Origin: Bdellovibrionales bacterium
Lineage (GTDB): Bacteria > Bdellovibrionota > Bdellovibrionia > Bdellovibrionales > CAYMLA01
Assembly: GCA_965217115.1 (NCBI GenBank)
Contig: OZ244239.1
Coordinates: 448,001 to 512,000, forward strand
Direction of reading: 5' to 3'
DNA length: 64,000 nt
Below, in pieces: positions 19,027 through 28,810 of this stretch. Numbering within the stretch: the stretch's first letter is position 1; each line of letters begins with the position of its first letter. Made by a program: the position numbers and the translations under genes. The notes beneath the pieces were generated by a model. The model saw only the letters and a program-made list of their open reading frames with translations, searched no databases and was not told where the DNA came from.

Positions 19027-20150
19027 AAAATAAAATGATCGCTCTAATGATTATTCTCACGACAATAGGCTTTGGTTCTTGGTGGTTTTTTAACCAAGGT
19101 CATCAAACAAATCACCGTGGGCACCAACACGGCAGGGTGAAAAAAACATCCAAATACCTCTGCTCCATGCATCCGCAAATCATAGAGAACAATCCTGGAA
19201 AATGTCCTATCTGTGGAATGACCCTTGTCCCTATAGAAGACAATCACGAAAAAGAGAATGACCCTGCCAAAAAGAGTCCAAACCATTCTAATCACCAAGA
19301 AAAATTTCCAGATGGTCATGTTAATTTCATCCTCTCTTCAGAGAAACAACAAATGATCGGAATTAAAATCACACAGGCAAAAAGGAAAAAACTCTTCAAA
19401 TCCATTCGTGCACCAGGGAGAATCGCCTTTGATCCAGATCTCTACACCGCTCAGAGTGAGTACTTAGAAGCCCTCAAACAATGGCGAAATGTGAAACACT
19501 CCCCTATCTCCGCCGTAAAAGAAAACATAAAACAAATGATTCGTTCATCGAGAATTCGCTTAAAAGTTCTAGGACTCTCCAACGGTCAGATAAAAGCACT
19601 TGCAAAGAAAGGCTCTCAATCTGAAGGGCTTTTAGTCAGTGGAAAAGAGCAGGATAATTGGGTCTATGCAGACGTCTTTGAAGTGGATTTGCCCTACCTC
19701 AAAAAAGGTCTCTCTGCCCAGATAACGGCAAAATTCCTACAAGGGAAAATCTTGCACGGAAAAATTATATCTGTAGATCAAATCATTAACCCTGAAACTA
19801 GAACAGCAAAAGTCAGAATTCAACTTATGAAAACCGATGCCTCCATACGCCCAGAATCCTACGTGAATATTACTATTTCCGCTCCAGTGGGCGAGCACAT
19901 CGCTGTTCCATTAGAAGCTATAATGGATACTGGAAGAGAATCTTTTGTCTTTATAAAAAAAGGACAGGGGCAATTCAAACCTAGAAGGGTGAATGTTCTT
20001 CTAGAAACTGATAACGAAGCCGCCGTGACTGGCAGTGTGATGCCCGGTGAGGAAGTTGTTGTCGGTGGAAATTTTATGCTCGACTCCGAATCACGTTTAA
20101 AATCTGTCATTCAAGAGGGTACTAGCTACAATGAAACAATCACTAAATAG
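19023..20150 (+). CDS. cusB: CusB-like RND periplasmic adaptor with heavy-metal-binding domain
   Basis: YLCSMHPQI...PGKCPICGMTL; INPETRTAKVRI; GNFMLDSES. Confidence 0.88.
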   Translation: MKNKMIALMIILTTIGFGSWWFFNQGHQTNHRGHQHGRVKKTSKYLCSMHPQIIENNPGKCPICGMTLVPIEDNHEKENDPAKKSPNHSNHQEKFPDGHVNFILSSEKQQMIGIKITQAKRKKLFKSIRAPGRIAFDPDLYTAQSEYLEALKQWRNVKHSPISAVKENIKQMIRSSRIRLKVLGLSNGQIKALAKKGSQSEGLLVSGKEQDNWVYADVFEVDLPYLKKGLSAQITAKFLQGKILHGKIISVDQIINPETRTAKVRIQLMKTDASIRPESYVNITISAPVGEHIAVPLEAIMDTGRESFVFIKKGQGQFKPRRVNVLLETDNEAAVTGSVMPGEEVVVGGNFMLDSESRLKSVIQEGTSYNETITK

Positions 20151-20216
20151 GACTTAACGGCCCATGGAACTCAACCCATAGGCATTGGCCATAAGAACTA
20201 AATGAGGAACTAAACA

Positions 20217-23200
20217 ATGATTTTAAAAATAATTGATTTCTCTGCCAAAAACAAATTCATCACACTCTTTGGTGTAGCCATGCTCCTCATTGGTGGTTGG
20301 CTCAGCATGAAACAAATTCCCATCGATGCAATCCCCGATCTCTCGGACACTCAAGTCATTGTCTATTCAAAATGGAACGTCAGTCCAGGTATCATAGAAG
20401 ATCAAGTGACCTACCCCATAGTGAGCAGCCTTTTAGGGGTTCCAAAGATAAAAAACATCCGTGGGCTCTCGACCTTTGGAGCCTCCTATGTCTACGCCAT
20501 CTTTGAAGATGGCACCGACATCTACTGGGCCAGAGCCAGAGTCATGGAGTACTTATCAAAAGTAACTCCACAACTCCCCGAAGGAGTACAAACAGAGCTA
20601 GGTCCTGATGCCACAGGAGTGGGCTGGGTTTATCAATATGCCCTCAAAGACACCTCTGGGAAAAACTCCCTCGCGGAGCTAAGATCATTCCAAGATTGGT
20701 TCTTAAAATACCAGTTACAATCTATTTCTGGCGTGTCTGAAATAGCCTCCTTCGGTGGATTCGAAGAACAGTATCAAGTTCAAGTTAATCCAGAATCCTT
20801 AAGAGCCTACAACATCTCTCTGTCTAAAGTTATCAAGGCCATTGAACAAGGAAACAAACAAACTGGCGCACGAGTCATAGAATTCTCTGGAACAGAGTAC
20901 ATGATACGAGCAAAGGGATACGTCAAGAACCGTCACGATATCGAGAACACAGTGGTCGGTGTCAATAAGAATGGGGTTCCTATTTATGTAAAAAACATTG
21001 CCAAGGTCGCAAAAGGTCCAGAGATTAGACGAGGCCTTGGAGATTTAAACGGCTTAGGCGATGCCGTCGGTGGTATTGTCGTCATTCGCTTTGGCGAGAA
21101 TCCAAATCAAATCATTGAACGAGTTAAAAGTAAACTCAAAGAGTTAAAACCCTCTCTACCAGAGGGTCTCGAAATTGTCGAAACCTACAATCGCAGTGAT
21201 CTCATCAATAGATCAGTGAACACCCTAACCCATGAACTCATTGTTGAAATGATTGTGGTCGCCCTTATCATCATGATCTTTCTGCTTCACATTCCCAGTG
21301 CCTTGATTCCAATCATCACGCTTCCCACAGCCGTGATCATCTCCTTTATCTTTATCTACTTAACGGGAGTCTCGGCAAATATCATGTCCCTTGGAGGTAT
21401 CGCGATTGCCATTGGAGCCATGGTTGATGCTGCCATTGTTGTCGTAGAAAACTGTCATAAGAGAGTCGAGACGTGGCGCAAACAAGGACAGAAAGAACCT
21501 GTTAACAATGTTATCATCGATGCCATTAAGGAAGTTGGGCCTGCGAGTTTCTACTCTCTGCTTGTTATCGCAGTTTCGTTCTTGCCTATTTTCGTACTAG
21601 AAGCTCAAGAAGGAAGACTTTTTAAACCATTAGCCTACACAAAAACATTAACCATGATGATTGCCTCAGTTCTCTCCATCACACTCGTTCCAGCATTACT
21701 CATTGTCTTTACAAGAACAAAAGAACTCACAAAAGGGCCTACTTGGTTTACAAAATCAATCAATTTTATATTTTCTTCAAACACTCCCTCTGAAGAGAAC
21801 CATCCCATAAGTAGAGTTTTGTTCAGACTGTATACACCCGTCGTTGATTGGGTCGTAGACAACAGAAAAAAAGTCGTTGCTATTGCCATGTTAATGGTTC
21901 TTACAACAGTTCCTATTTATTTTAAATTAGGCTCTGAGTTTATGCCCCCCTTAGATGAGGGGACAATTCTCTATATGCCGATAACTATGCCAGGTATTTC
22001 GACCACAGAGGCTCAAGATCTTTTACAAAAACAAGATACGATTTTAAAAAGCTTCCCCGAAGTGGCTAGCGTTCATGGCAAAGCAGGACGGGCCAATACC
22101 GCCACAGACCCCGCTCCTCTCTCAATGATGGAAACAGTTGTTGTCTTAAAAAACCCTGATCAATGGCCGAGAGTGGATCGATGGTATTCTTTTTTACCCG
22201 ATTTCTTAGAGTGGCCATTTCGAATGATCACTCCTAATCACCTGACCTCAGATGAATTAATACGGAAAATGAATAAAGAAATGAACTTCCCTGGGCTCAT
22301 TAATGCATGGACTTTTCCAATAAAAGGAAGAATAGACATGCTCACCACTGGTATCAGAACTCCCATAGGAATCAAAGTCTCGGGATCAGATTTAAAAGAA
22401 ATTGAGCGGATTGGAATTCATCTTGAAAAAATCATCAGTCATATTAAAGGCACACGAAGTGTTTTTGCAGAACGCGTGGTTGGAGGCTTTTTCTTTGATT
22501 TTAATTTTAACCGCGAAGCCTTAGCTCGACACGGAATATCCATCAAACAAGCCCAAGAAACCTTAGCCACGGCACTTGGTGGAAAAAATGCTGCAACGAC
22601 CGTAGAAGGCAGAGAGCGTCACTCCGTCAATGTTCGTTACGCCAGAGCGTTTAGACAGAACAAAGAAGACATTCGCCGTATTCTCTTAGATTCTTCCAAG
22701 GGGTACCAAATTCCACTCTCAGAAGTGGCAGATATCCAACTCTCAAACGGGCCAGGCATAATTAGAAATGATAATGGTTTGTTAACTGGATATGTACACG
22801 TCGATATTGAGAACTCTGACGTAGGGCGCTTTGTTGAACAAGCCAAAAAAATAGTGAACGAAAAGCTCACCCTTCCCTCTGGATACTCTCTCACGTGGAG
22901 CGGTCAGTACGAAAGTATCGTGCGAGTTAAGGAAAAATTAAAAATCGTTCTTCCTCTCACTCTGTTGATTATTATCATGTTGATTTATCTCAATACGAAA
23001 TCTGCTATTAAAACCTCCATTATTCTGTTAGCCATTCCATTTTCTTCGATCGGTGCCTTCTGGCTTCTCTATCTGCTTGGCTACAATATGAGTATCGCCG
23101 TCTGGGTGGGACTTATTGCCCTCTTGGGAGTTGATGCCGAAACAGCCATTTACATGCTTCTCTACCTTGATCTGTCCTACGAAAAGAAAAGGAAAACAGG

Positions 23201-23489
23201 CGAGATGAAGAACTTTAGTGATTTAAAAGAGGCCATTCATCAAGGAGCTGTTAAGCGAATCCGTCCTAAAATGATGACAGTCCTAACCACGTTTATAGCC
23301 CTCTTGCCAGTACTGTGGGCTAGCACAACCAACAGTGGCGCGGACGTGATGAAACGGATGGTCGCCCCCATGGTGGGAGGAATTTGCACATCATTTCTTT
23401 TAGAGCTTCTTGTCTATCCAGCGATTTTTGCACTCTGGAAAGAATGGGAACTTAAACGGTCACTTACTTATGAGTCAATGGGACATTAA
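20217..23489 (+). CDS. cusA: CusA/CzcA-family heavy-metal RND permease (Cu/Ag type)
   Basis: DAIPDLSDTQVIV, LGPDATGVGWVYQY, GAMVDAAIVVVEN, EFMPPLDEG, RIDMLTTGIRTP, RIRPKMMT. Confidence 0.95.
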   Translation: MILKIIDFSAKNKFITLFGVAMLLIGGWLSMKQIPIDAIPDLSDTQVIVYSKWNVSPGIIEDQVTYPIVSSLLGVPKIKNIRGLSTFGASYVYAIFEDGTDIYWARARVMEYLSKVTPQLPEGVQTELGPDATGVGWVYQYALKDTSGKNSLAELRSFQDWFLKYQLQSISGVSEIASFGGFEEQYQVQVNPESLRAYNISLSKVIKAIEQGNKQTGARVIEFSGTEYMIRAKGYVKNRHDIENTVVGVNKNGVPIYVKNIAKVAKGPEIRRGLGDLNGLGDAVGGIVVIRFGENPNQIIERVKSKLKELKPSLPEGLEIVETYNRSDLINRSVNTLTHELIVEMIVVALIIMIFLLHIPSALIPIITLPTAVIISFIFIYLTGVSANIMSLGGIAIAIGAMVDAAIVVVENCHKRVETWRKQGQKEPVNNVIIDAIKEVGPASFYSLLVIAVSFLPIFVLEAQEGRLFKPLAYTKTLTMMIASVLSITLVPALLIVFTRTKELTKGPTWFTKSINFIFSSNTPSEENHPISRVLFRLYTPVVDWVVDNRKKVVAIAMLMVLTTVPIYFKLGSEFMPPLDEGTILYMPITMPGISTTEAQDLLQKQDTILKSFPEVASVHGKAGRANTATDPAPLSMMETVVVLKNPDQWPRVDRWYSFLPDFLEWPFRMITPNHLTSDELIRKMNKEMNFPGLINAWTFPIKGRIDMLTTGIRTPIGIKVSGSDLKEIERIGIHLEKIISHIKGTRSVFAERVVGGFFFDFNFNREALARHGISIKQAQETLATALGGKNAATTVEGRERHSVNVRYARAFRQNKEDIRRILLDSSKGYQIPLSEVADIQLSNGPGIIRNDNGLLTGYVHVDIENSDVGRFVEQAKKIVNEKLTLPSGYSLTWSGQYESIVRVKEKLKIVLPLTLLIIIMLIYLNTKSAIKTSIILLAIPFSSIGAFWLLYLLGYNMSIAVWVGLIALLGVDAETAIYMLLYLDLSYEKKRKTGEMKNFSDLKEAIHQGAVKRIRPKMMTVLTTFIALLPVLWASTTNSGADVMKRMVAPMVGGICTSFLLELLVYPAIFALWKEWELKRSLTYESMGH

Positions 23490-23537
23490 TATGCAACTGA
23501 TGACTCAGGGGTCGAAACAAAATCTAGAGGCCTTCAA

Positions 23538-24137
23538 TTATCGACAAGGTTTTTTGAAAACTAGATTATGGCAAATCTGCCCTCTATCTAAATACTTTTT
23601 CTCAAAGTGAGTTCTTGCTTTGCAATTGTTCTCTATCTTTATCCATTCACATAGTTCTAGCTTCCAAAGATTCACCAGCTTATCAACAACCTCTTCGGCG
23701 TAAAAAAGCTCATTGGTCGCCAAAGTCAGGGTTCCTCCGATCGTCATCGTTGAAATCAAATGCTCCATAAAAGGCATATTAGCAAAACGCAAATTTGCGT
23801 GCTTACCTTTAGGATATGGATTCGGATACAGAATAAAATATTTTTCTACACTTTTAGGGGGTATGTAATGGCTAATCCAAGCAATCGCATCACCATGGAT
23901 GGGTAACAGGTTTTCAATTTCTTGATGATTTCCATGACGTCTCTGAAACTTGGCAAACTTATTTTTTGTTCTCTCAAAAGCAATTAATTTCCTTTCTGGA
24001 TGCTGACCGCTGTACTGAATCGCATGAAGTCCCACTCCTGCGCCTATCTCAATATTCACAGGCCAAGGCAATTCACCTTTGCTTAAACTATTTTCCGCCT
24101 CTGGCCGAGGAATTTCTGAAAATAAAAAGTGTCTCAT
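23538..24137 (-). CDS. trmB: TrmB-like SAM-dependent methyltransferase (tRNA m7G46)
   Basis: IEIGAGVG, HGDA, YPNPYPK and THFEKKY motifs. Confidence 0.75.
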   Translation of the reverse strand: MRHFLFSEIPRPEAENSLSKGELPWPVNIEIGAGVGLHAIQYSGQHPERKLIAFERTKNKFAKFQRRHGNHQEIENLLPIHGDAIAWISHYIPPKSVEKYFILYPNPYPKGKHANLRFANMPFMEHLISTMTIGGTLTLATNELFYAEEVVDKLVNLWKLELCEWIKIENNCKARTHFEKKYLDRGQICHNLVFKKPCR

Positions 24138-24224
24138 CTTATAAAAACACGCCCCATTAGTTACAATCAGTGGTTGCAGTCAGTGACTACAATCATTGGT
24201 TGCAAATAGAATGTCGATCCTCTT

Positions 24225-25388
24225 TTAATCTACTCTCTTGATTTTCATCACAATACCAAGAGCTATCGCTAATGGAGCTGCCACCACTGAAAACAATGCC
24301 CCCATCTTTGCCGCCCCCTGAAGATCTAAATTGGAATAGGCCTCACCTGATACAAAGAGGGCCACTGTCAAACCAAGGCCGGCAATCACCCCTGCAATCA
24401 TTAAACTCTTAATATTCATCCCAGCAGGAAGTTTAAACCCTAGCACATGGCCTAAATAACCAAAGAACGTGATCCCTAAAGTTTTACCTATAATCAGCGA
24501 ACCCAAAATAATTAATGTCACATGATTCATATTTGAGAATAAAACTCCCCCATTAGCCAAACCAAAACCAAAGAGTCCAACATCAACAAACCTCTTGTAC
24601 TTATGTTCAAAAGAAATCAGCGTTGAGTTTCCACGATGAACTTCATTATCTGTCGGCATAAAAGGAATAATAAACACCAGAGCCAAGGCAGGATGTAAAT
24701 GGGCCATAATCAAACCCAACCAAGACAAACCTCCTCCGATAAGAAGGTAATAGCCCATCTTTTCAACAGATTTTTTTCGCATAAGAAAGGAGATAAACAT
24801 TCCCAGCAACACCAGGACTAAATAATAAATTTCCACAGGGTGAACTGGATCTGGATAGAACACAGCGATAATTCCCAAACCAATTGCATCATCAGCCACC
24901 GCCAATAACAACAGGTAAGACACCGCTGGATGTTTCGCTCCAAAAACCAAACGCGCTACTAACCAGGCCAAGGCAATATCAGTCGCTGTCGGAATTCCCC
25001 AACCATTTAAAATATCCTCTCGACTTATGGACTCCGTTAATAATTCATTAATAGGTAAGATATTACACAGAACGAAGAACGCAGCCACTGGCCCAAACAC
25101 ACCGCCCAAAGTTCCTAAAAGAGGATTTACAGCCTTGGAGATGGGGTTCAAAGGCCCCCCTGGTAAAACCGCTTGCATGATCTCTACCGCCGCAATACCA
25201 AAAAACAAAACCATAAACAGGTCATTCACCAAGAAATGAAAATTTATTTCGTGACCTAATATTTTCAAGCCACCCAATACGGAGTGATGGAGAAAAGCGT
25301 GATAGGACCCAGCCCCTAAATTTGCCCATAATAGAGCGACAAAGACCCCTAATATTAAGAATGCAGAGTACTCCTGCATAAGCTCCAT
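24225..25388 (-). CDS. nhaA: Na+/H+ antiporter NhaA
   Basis: VNDLFM, GWGIPTATDIA, LAVADDA, GKTLGI, GLTVALF. Start uncertain (ATG 25388, ATT 25415 or GTG 25520). Confidence 0.88.
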   Translation of the reverse strand: MELMQEYSAFLILGVFVALLWANLGAGSYHAFLHHSVLGGLKILGHEINFHFLVNDLFMVLFFGIAAVEIMQAVLPGGPLNPISKAVNPLLGTLGGVFGPVAAFFVLCNILPINELLTESISREDILNGWGIPTATDIALAWLVARLVFGAKHPAVSYLLLLAVADDAIGLGIIAVFYPDPVHPVEIYYLVLVLLGMFISFLMRKKSVEKMGYYLLIGGGLSWLGLIMAHLHPALALVFIIPFMPTDNEVHRGNSTLISFEHKYKRFVDVGLFGFGLANGGVLFSNMNHVTLIILGSLIIGKTLGITFFGYLGHVLGFKLPAGMNIKSLMIAGVIAGLGLTVALFVSGEAYSNLDLQGAAKMGALFSVVAAPLAIALGIVMKIKRVD

Positions 25389-25624
25389 AAATGAGCGACG
25401 GTTTGATTTATTAATAAGGCAACCCCTTCTTAAAAGTTTACTCCTAGCTACACAATAGTCATGAGAATGGCAAATCGGCGGATAAAAGTCTTGATGCGAT
25501 TGGTCACTCACTCTGTTCACTTCTCATATCCATAAAAACTGCTATAAGTCATCTAACTAAAATTTGAATCTTAGCTGCACATATTTGTACGAATCTATAC
25601 ACTTTAATTAGGGAGTTAATATTT

Positions 25625-26782
25625 ATGACCGATGCACGCCCTGCGCTCACAACCTTATCTGAAGACGAAATCGCTTTTCGTGATGCTATCCGCAGTTTTG
25701 CTGAATCAGAGATCAAACCCCTTGTCTCAAAGATGGACGAAGAAGCCAAAATGGATTCCACCCTTCTATCAAAGCTCTTTGAAATGGGCATTATGGGTAT
25801 AGAGACCCCTGAAGAATTTGGCGGAGCTGAAGCCAGTTTCACCCTCGCCTGCATCGCCGTTGAAGAGTTGGCACGTATTGATGCCTCCGTCAGCGTTCTC
25901 CTAGATGTTCAAAACACACTTGTCACCAACGCATTTTTACGTTGGGGAACACAGGCGCAGAAACAAAAGTATCTGACTAAAATGTCCAGTGAATGGATCG
26001 GAGCCTTTGCCCTGTCTGAGAGCATCAGTGGCTCAGATGCTTTCGCCTTAAAACTCCGTGGCGAAGACAAAGGAGATAAGTATATCTTAAACGGTCATAA
26101 ACTATGGATCACTAATGGCAATGAGGCCAGTGTTTTCCTTGTCTTTGCCAATATCAATCCCGATGAAGGATACAAAGGCATCACAGCCTTTATTGTCGAA
26201 AAAGATTTCCCCGGTTTCACAGTCGGAAAAAAAGAAGATAAACTAGGCATTCGCGCCAGCTCCACCTGCGAACTTATTTTTGAAAATTGTGAAGTTCCAA
26301 AAGAAAATGTCATTGGAGAGATCGGTAAAGGCTATAAAATCGCCATTGAAACTCTCAATGAGGGACGTGTCGGAATCGGCGCACAGATGATCGGTATCGC
26401 TCAAGGAGCCTATGAAGCTGCATTAAAATACACCAAAGATCGTGAGCAATTTGATAAACCCATTAGCAAATTCCAAGGAGTGCAATTTCAATTGGCAGAA
26501 ATGCGCACTGACCTTGAAGCCGCTCGTCTTATGGTCTACAACGCCGCTCGTTTGAAAGATGCCAATGAAGATTTTATTCAAGAAGCCGCCATGGCTAAAC
26601 TCCACTCTTCCCGCGTCGCTGAAAAAATCAGCTCCATGGCCGTTGATCTTTTTGGTGGCAATGGCTTTAGCAAGGAGTACCCCGTCGAAAAATTCTACCG
26701 CGATGCCAAGATCGGCCAAATCTACGAAGGCACCTCAAACATGCAACTACAAACCATCGCAAAAATGGAACTCGCCAAATAA
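25625..26782 (+). CDS. Acyl-CoA dehydrogenase (short/branched-chain type)
   Basis: FALSESISGSDA, KLWITNG, KLGIRASST, REQF, FYRDAKIGQIYEGTSNMQ. Confidence 0.95.
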   Translation: MTDARPALTTLSEDEIAFRDAIRSFAESEIKPLVSKMDEEAKMDSTLLSKLFEMGIMGIETPEEFGGAEASFTLACIAVEELARIDASVSVLLDVQNTLVTNAFLRWGTQAQKQKYLTKMSSEWIGAFALSESISGSDAFALKLRGEDKGDKYILNGHKLWITNGNEASVFLVFANINPDEGYKGITAFIVEKDFPGFTVGKKEDKLGIRASSTCELIFENCEVPKENVIGEIGKGYKIAIETLNEGRVGIGAQMIGIAQGAYEAALKYTKDREQFDKPISKFQGVQFQLAEMRTDLEAARLMVYNAARLKDANEDFIQEAAMAKLHSSRVAEKISSMAVDLFGGNGFSKEYPVEKFYRDAKIGQIYEGTSNMQLQTIAKMELAK

Positions 26783-26879
26783 CCCTCTCCCCACGATCCT
26801 CAAAGAGCAAGCCCTTCCAGCGATGCTCGAAGAGCAAGCCTTCCTTCCCTGCCTTCCTGCCTTCCTTACCTCCCCACCT

Positions 26880-27040
26880 CGCTGTTCCCAGTCAAGCGCA
26901 GATTTCAAAGCCTGTTTTTTAAATGGATCTTTGTTATTTAAGCGAGTTCGGATTGGTGCGATGCTCGCTTCAGCGAGCGCCGCTGCCAAACGAATGTCTG
27001 AGCTTAAATAATAAAGATCCATTTAAAAAACCTCCCTTTG
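26880..27040 (+). repeat. 161-bp palindromic element, copy 1 (hairpin 26914-27031)
   Basis: GTTTTTTAAATGGATCTTTGTTATTTAAGC...GCTTAAATAATAAAGATCCATTTAAAAAAC with apical GCTCGC-TTCA-GCGAGC. Shares a further ~110-bp right flank (to 27150) with copy 3. Confidence 0.95.
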
Positions 27041-27165
27041 AAAATTTTTCCCATCTTTTTTACCTTATTTCACACTGTCCTATTTTTGTTTAGACCCAGC
27101 AAACACCCTATGTTACAGTGCGTCATTATAGGTGCTTTAACTTTAACCATTGCAAGGAGAATAAA

Positions 27166-27759
27166 ATGAAAAAACTTATACTATTAGTAGCTCTGATGTT
27201 TACATCAGCGACATTTGCAGGAGGAGCTGCAGGCTTTTCTGTTGAGATTCTGAGTGTTTTAAAAAAAATCATGGTGGGGAAAAAGTCAGGGAACCTCACG
27301 ACACGACAGTCTTCAAGTGCAAATAAGGCTATAGAAGCTTCTTCAAGACTTGAAGGAGATGAAGTTATTGTAAACTTGTCTAAGGGACTTAATATTGACG
27401 AGCTACTTAAAGTAGAGGTTAACGCTCGTGGATGGAGCCAGATATCTGTGGAACTTTCTCACATGGGGCCTTCGGTAATAACTCAATTTTCATTAAAATC
27501 CATTGACAGCCTAGTCAAAAAAATTGTGAAATCTCACAAACTTCGTCCTGTCAGTATCATAAATAATAAGCGCCTTGACCCAAAGACTCTTTACAGCACT
27601 ACTAATAAGGACTTTACATATAATTTAGATATATCTAATGGTGGGTCTACTGTAAAACTCTCAACCTCATACCAAAATGAGATGATAGTAGGAAAAATTA
27701 TAGAAAACATCGGGTTCAACTTGGAAAAGTTTGCAGCCTCAGCAGCAGCTTTACTCTAA
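27166..27759 (+). CDS. Exported hypothetical protein (cargo 1)
   Basis: AAGGAG RBS; MKKLILLVALMFTSATFA signal peptide. Confidence 0.75.
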   Translation: MKKLILLVALMFTSATFAGGAAGFSVEILSVLKKIMVGKKSGNLTTRQSSSANKAIEASSRLEGDEVIVNLSKGLNIDELLKVEVNARGWSQISVELSHMGPSVITQFSLKSIDSLVKKIVKSHKLRPVSIINNKRLDPKTLYSTTNKDFTYNLDISNGGSTVKLSTSYQNEMIVGKIIENIGFNLEKFAASAAALL

Positions 27760-28048
27760 TTGTTGAGCCTTAAAGACTAGAAGGAGTTAGGTCAGTATGT
27801 GCTATTATCACTTACTCCTCTCTAGTCTTATATTGTAAAAACTAGCGCCACTGAGTATCAATACCAAAAAGATAAAAGATGTAACATTGGTGCTTTTTGG
27901 TATACATGTAAAAAAAAACAGTGCCTATCAAGAAAAGAAACGGGAAAGTTCCTTTTCTTTCAATAGATACTACTCCGGGAGATGATGGGGCTCTAACTTG
28001 TAAAAATTAAATGCCTCTCTAAAATAGCTCCCATAGAATAAGTTGAAC

Positions 28049-28123
28049 TGATTTTTTTGGTGGCGATGGCTTTAGCAAGGAGTGCTCCGTAACTATTATG
28101 AAGATGACCAGAACCGCCCTTAA
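28049..28123 (+). pseudogene. Chimeric scar: acyl-CoA dehydrogenase 3' fragment joined to ankyrin gene 3' end
   Basis: 28049-28090 matches 26644-26685 (38/42); 28090-28123 matches 33121-33154 (31/34). Confidence 0.8.
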
Positions 28124-28168
28124 TACTCATCTTAAAAACAAGTTCACTTCCTTGAACTAAAAAAATAA

Positions 28169-28190
28169 AAAGGCCACCAAAGTGGCCTTT
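28169..28190. terminator. Probable intrinsic terminator
   Basis: AAAGGCCAC-CAAA-GTGGCCTTT; paralogous hairpin at 34668-34691. Confidence 0.65.
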
Positions 28191-28220
28191 GTTATTTGAG
28201 CCAGTTCGAATTGGTCCGAC

Positions 28221-28500
28221 GCTCAAAGAGCAGCCCTCCCCTCCCCTCCCCTGCGATGCTCAAAGAGCAGCCCTTCCCTGCTGCCCTATCTCCCTGCGAT
28301 GCTCAAAGAGCAAGCCCTTCCCTGCTGCCCTGTCTCCCTGCAATGCTCAAAGAGCAGCCCTTCCCTGCTGCCCTATCTCCCTGCGATGCTCAAAGAGCAA
28401 GCCCTTCCCTGCTTCCCTGTCTCCCTGCGATGCTCAAAGAGCAAGCCCTTCCCTGCTGCCCCTGTCTCCCTGCGATGCTCAAAGAGCAAGCCCTTCCCTG
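28221..28500 (+). repeat. Tandem array of ~43-45-bp units, each with a GCTC-AAA-GAGC mini-hairpin
   Basis: GCTCAAAGAGC at 28221, 28258, 28301, 28345, 28388, 28432 and 28477. Linkers are near-identical, not unique spacers. Confidence 0.9.
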
Positions 28501-28528
28501 CGTCCCTTCCTTCCCTCCCTCCCCGCCC

Positions 28529-28688
28529 CGCTGTTCCCAGTCAAGCGCAGATTTCAAAGCCTGTTTTTTAAATGGGTCTTTGTTATTTAAGCGAGTTCGG
28601 ATTGGTGCGATGCTCGCTTCAGCGAGCGCCGCTGCCAAACGAATGTCTGAGCTAAATAATAAAGACCCATTTAAAAAACCTCCCTTTG
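28529..28688 (+). repeat. 160-bp palindromic element, copy 2
   Basis: Near-identical to copy 1, with a paired change GGATC/GATCC to GGGTC/GACCC and a 1-nt deletion. Confidence 0.95.
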
Positions 28689-28810
28689 CCCAAATCTAAG
28701 CACCGCGTTAGGGTGCATAAAACTTGTCCTCCCCCCAAATCCTGATACTAATTAATTTAGTTAAAAAATTATTTTAGATAAACCATATTAAACAAAAAAA
28801 GGCCTCAAAG

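Noticed and set aside
28221..28500. CRISPR array
   Set aside because: Sequences between the hairpin units are near-identical rather than unique spacers, the period is only ~44 bp, and no cas genes are in the window.
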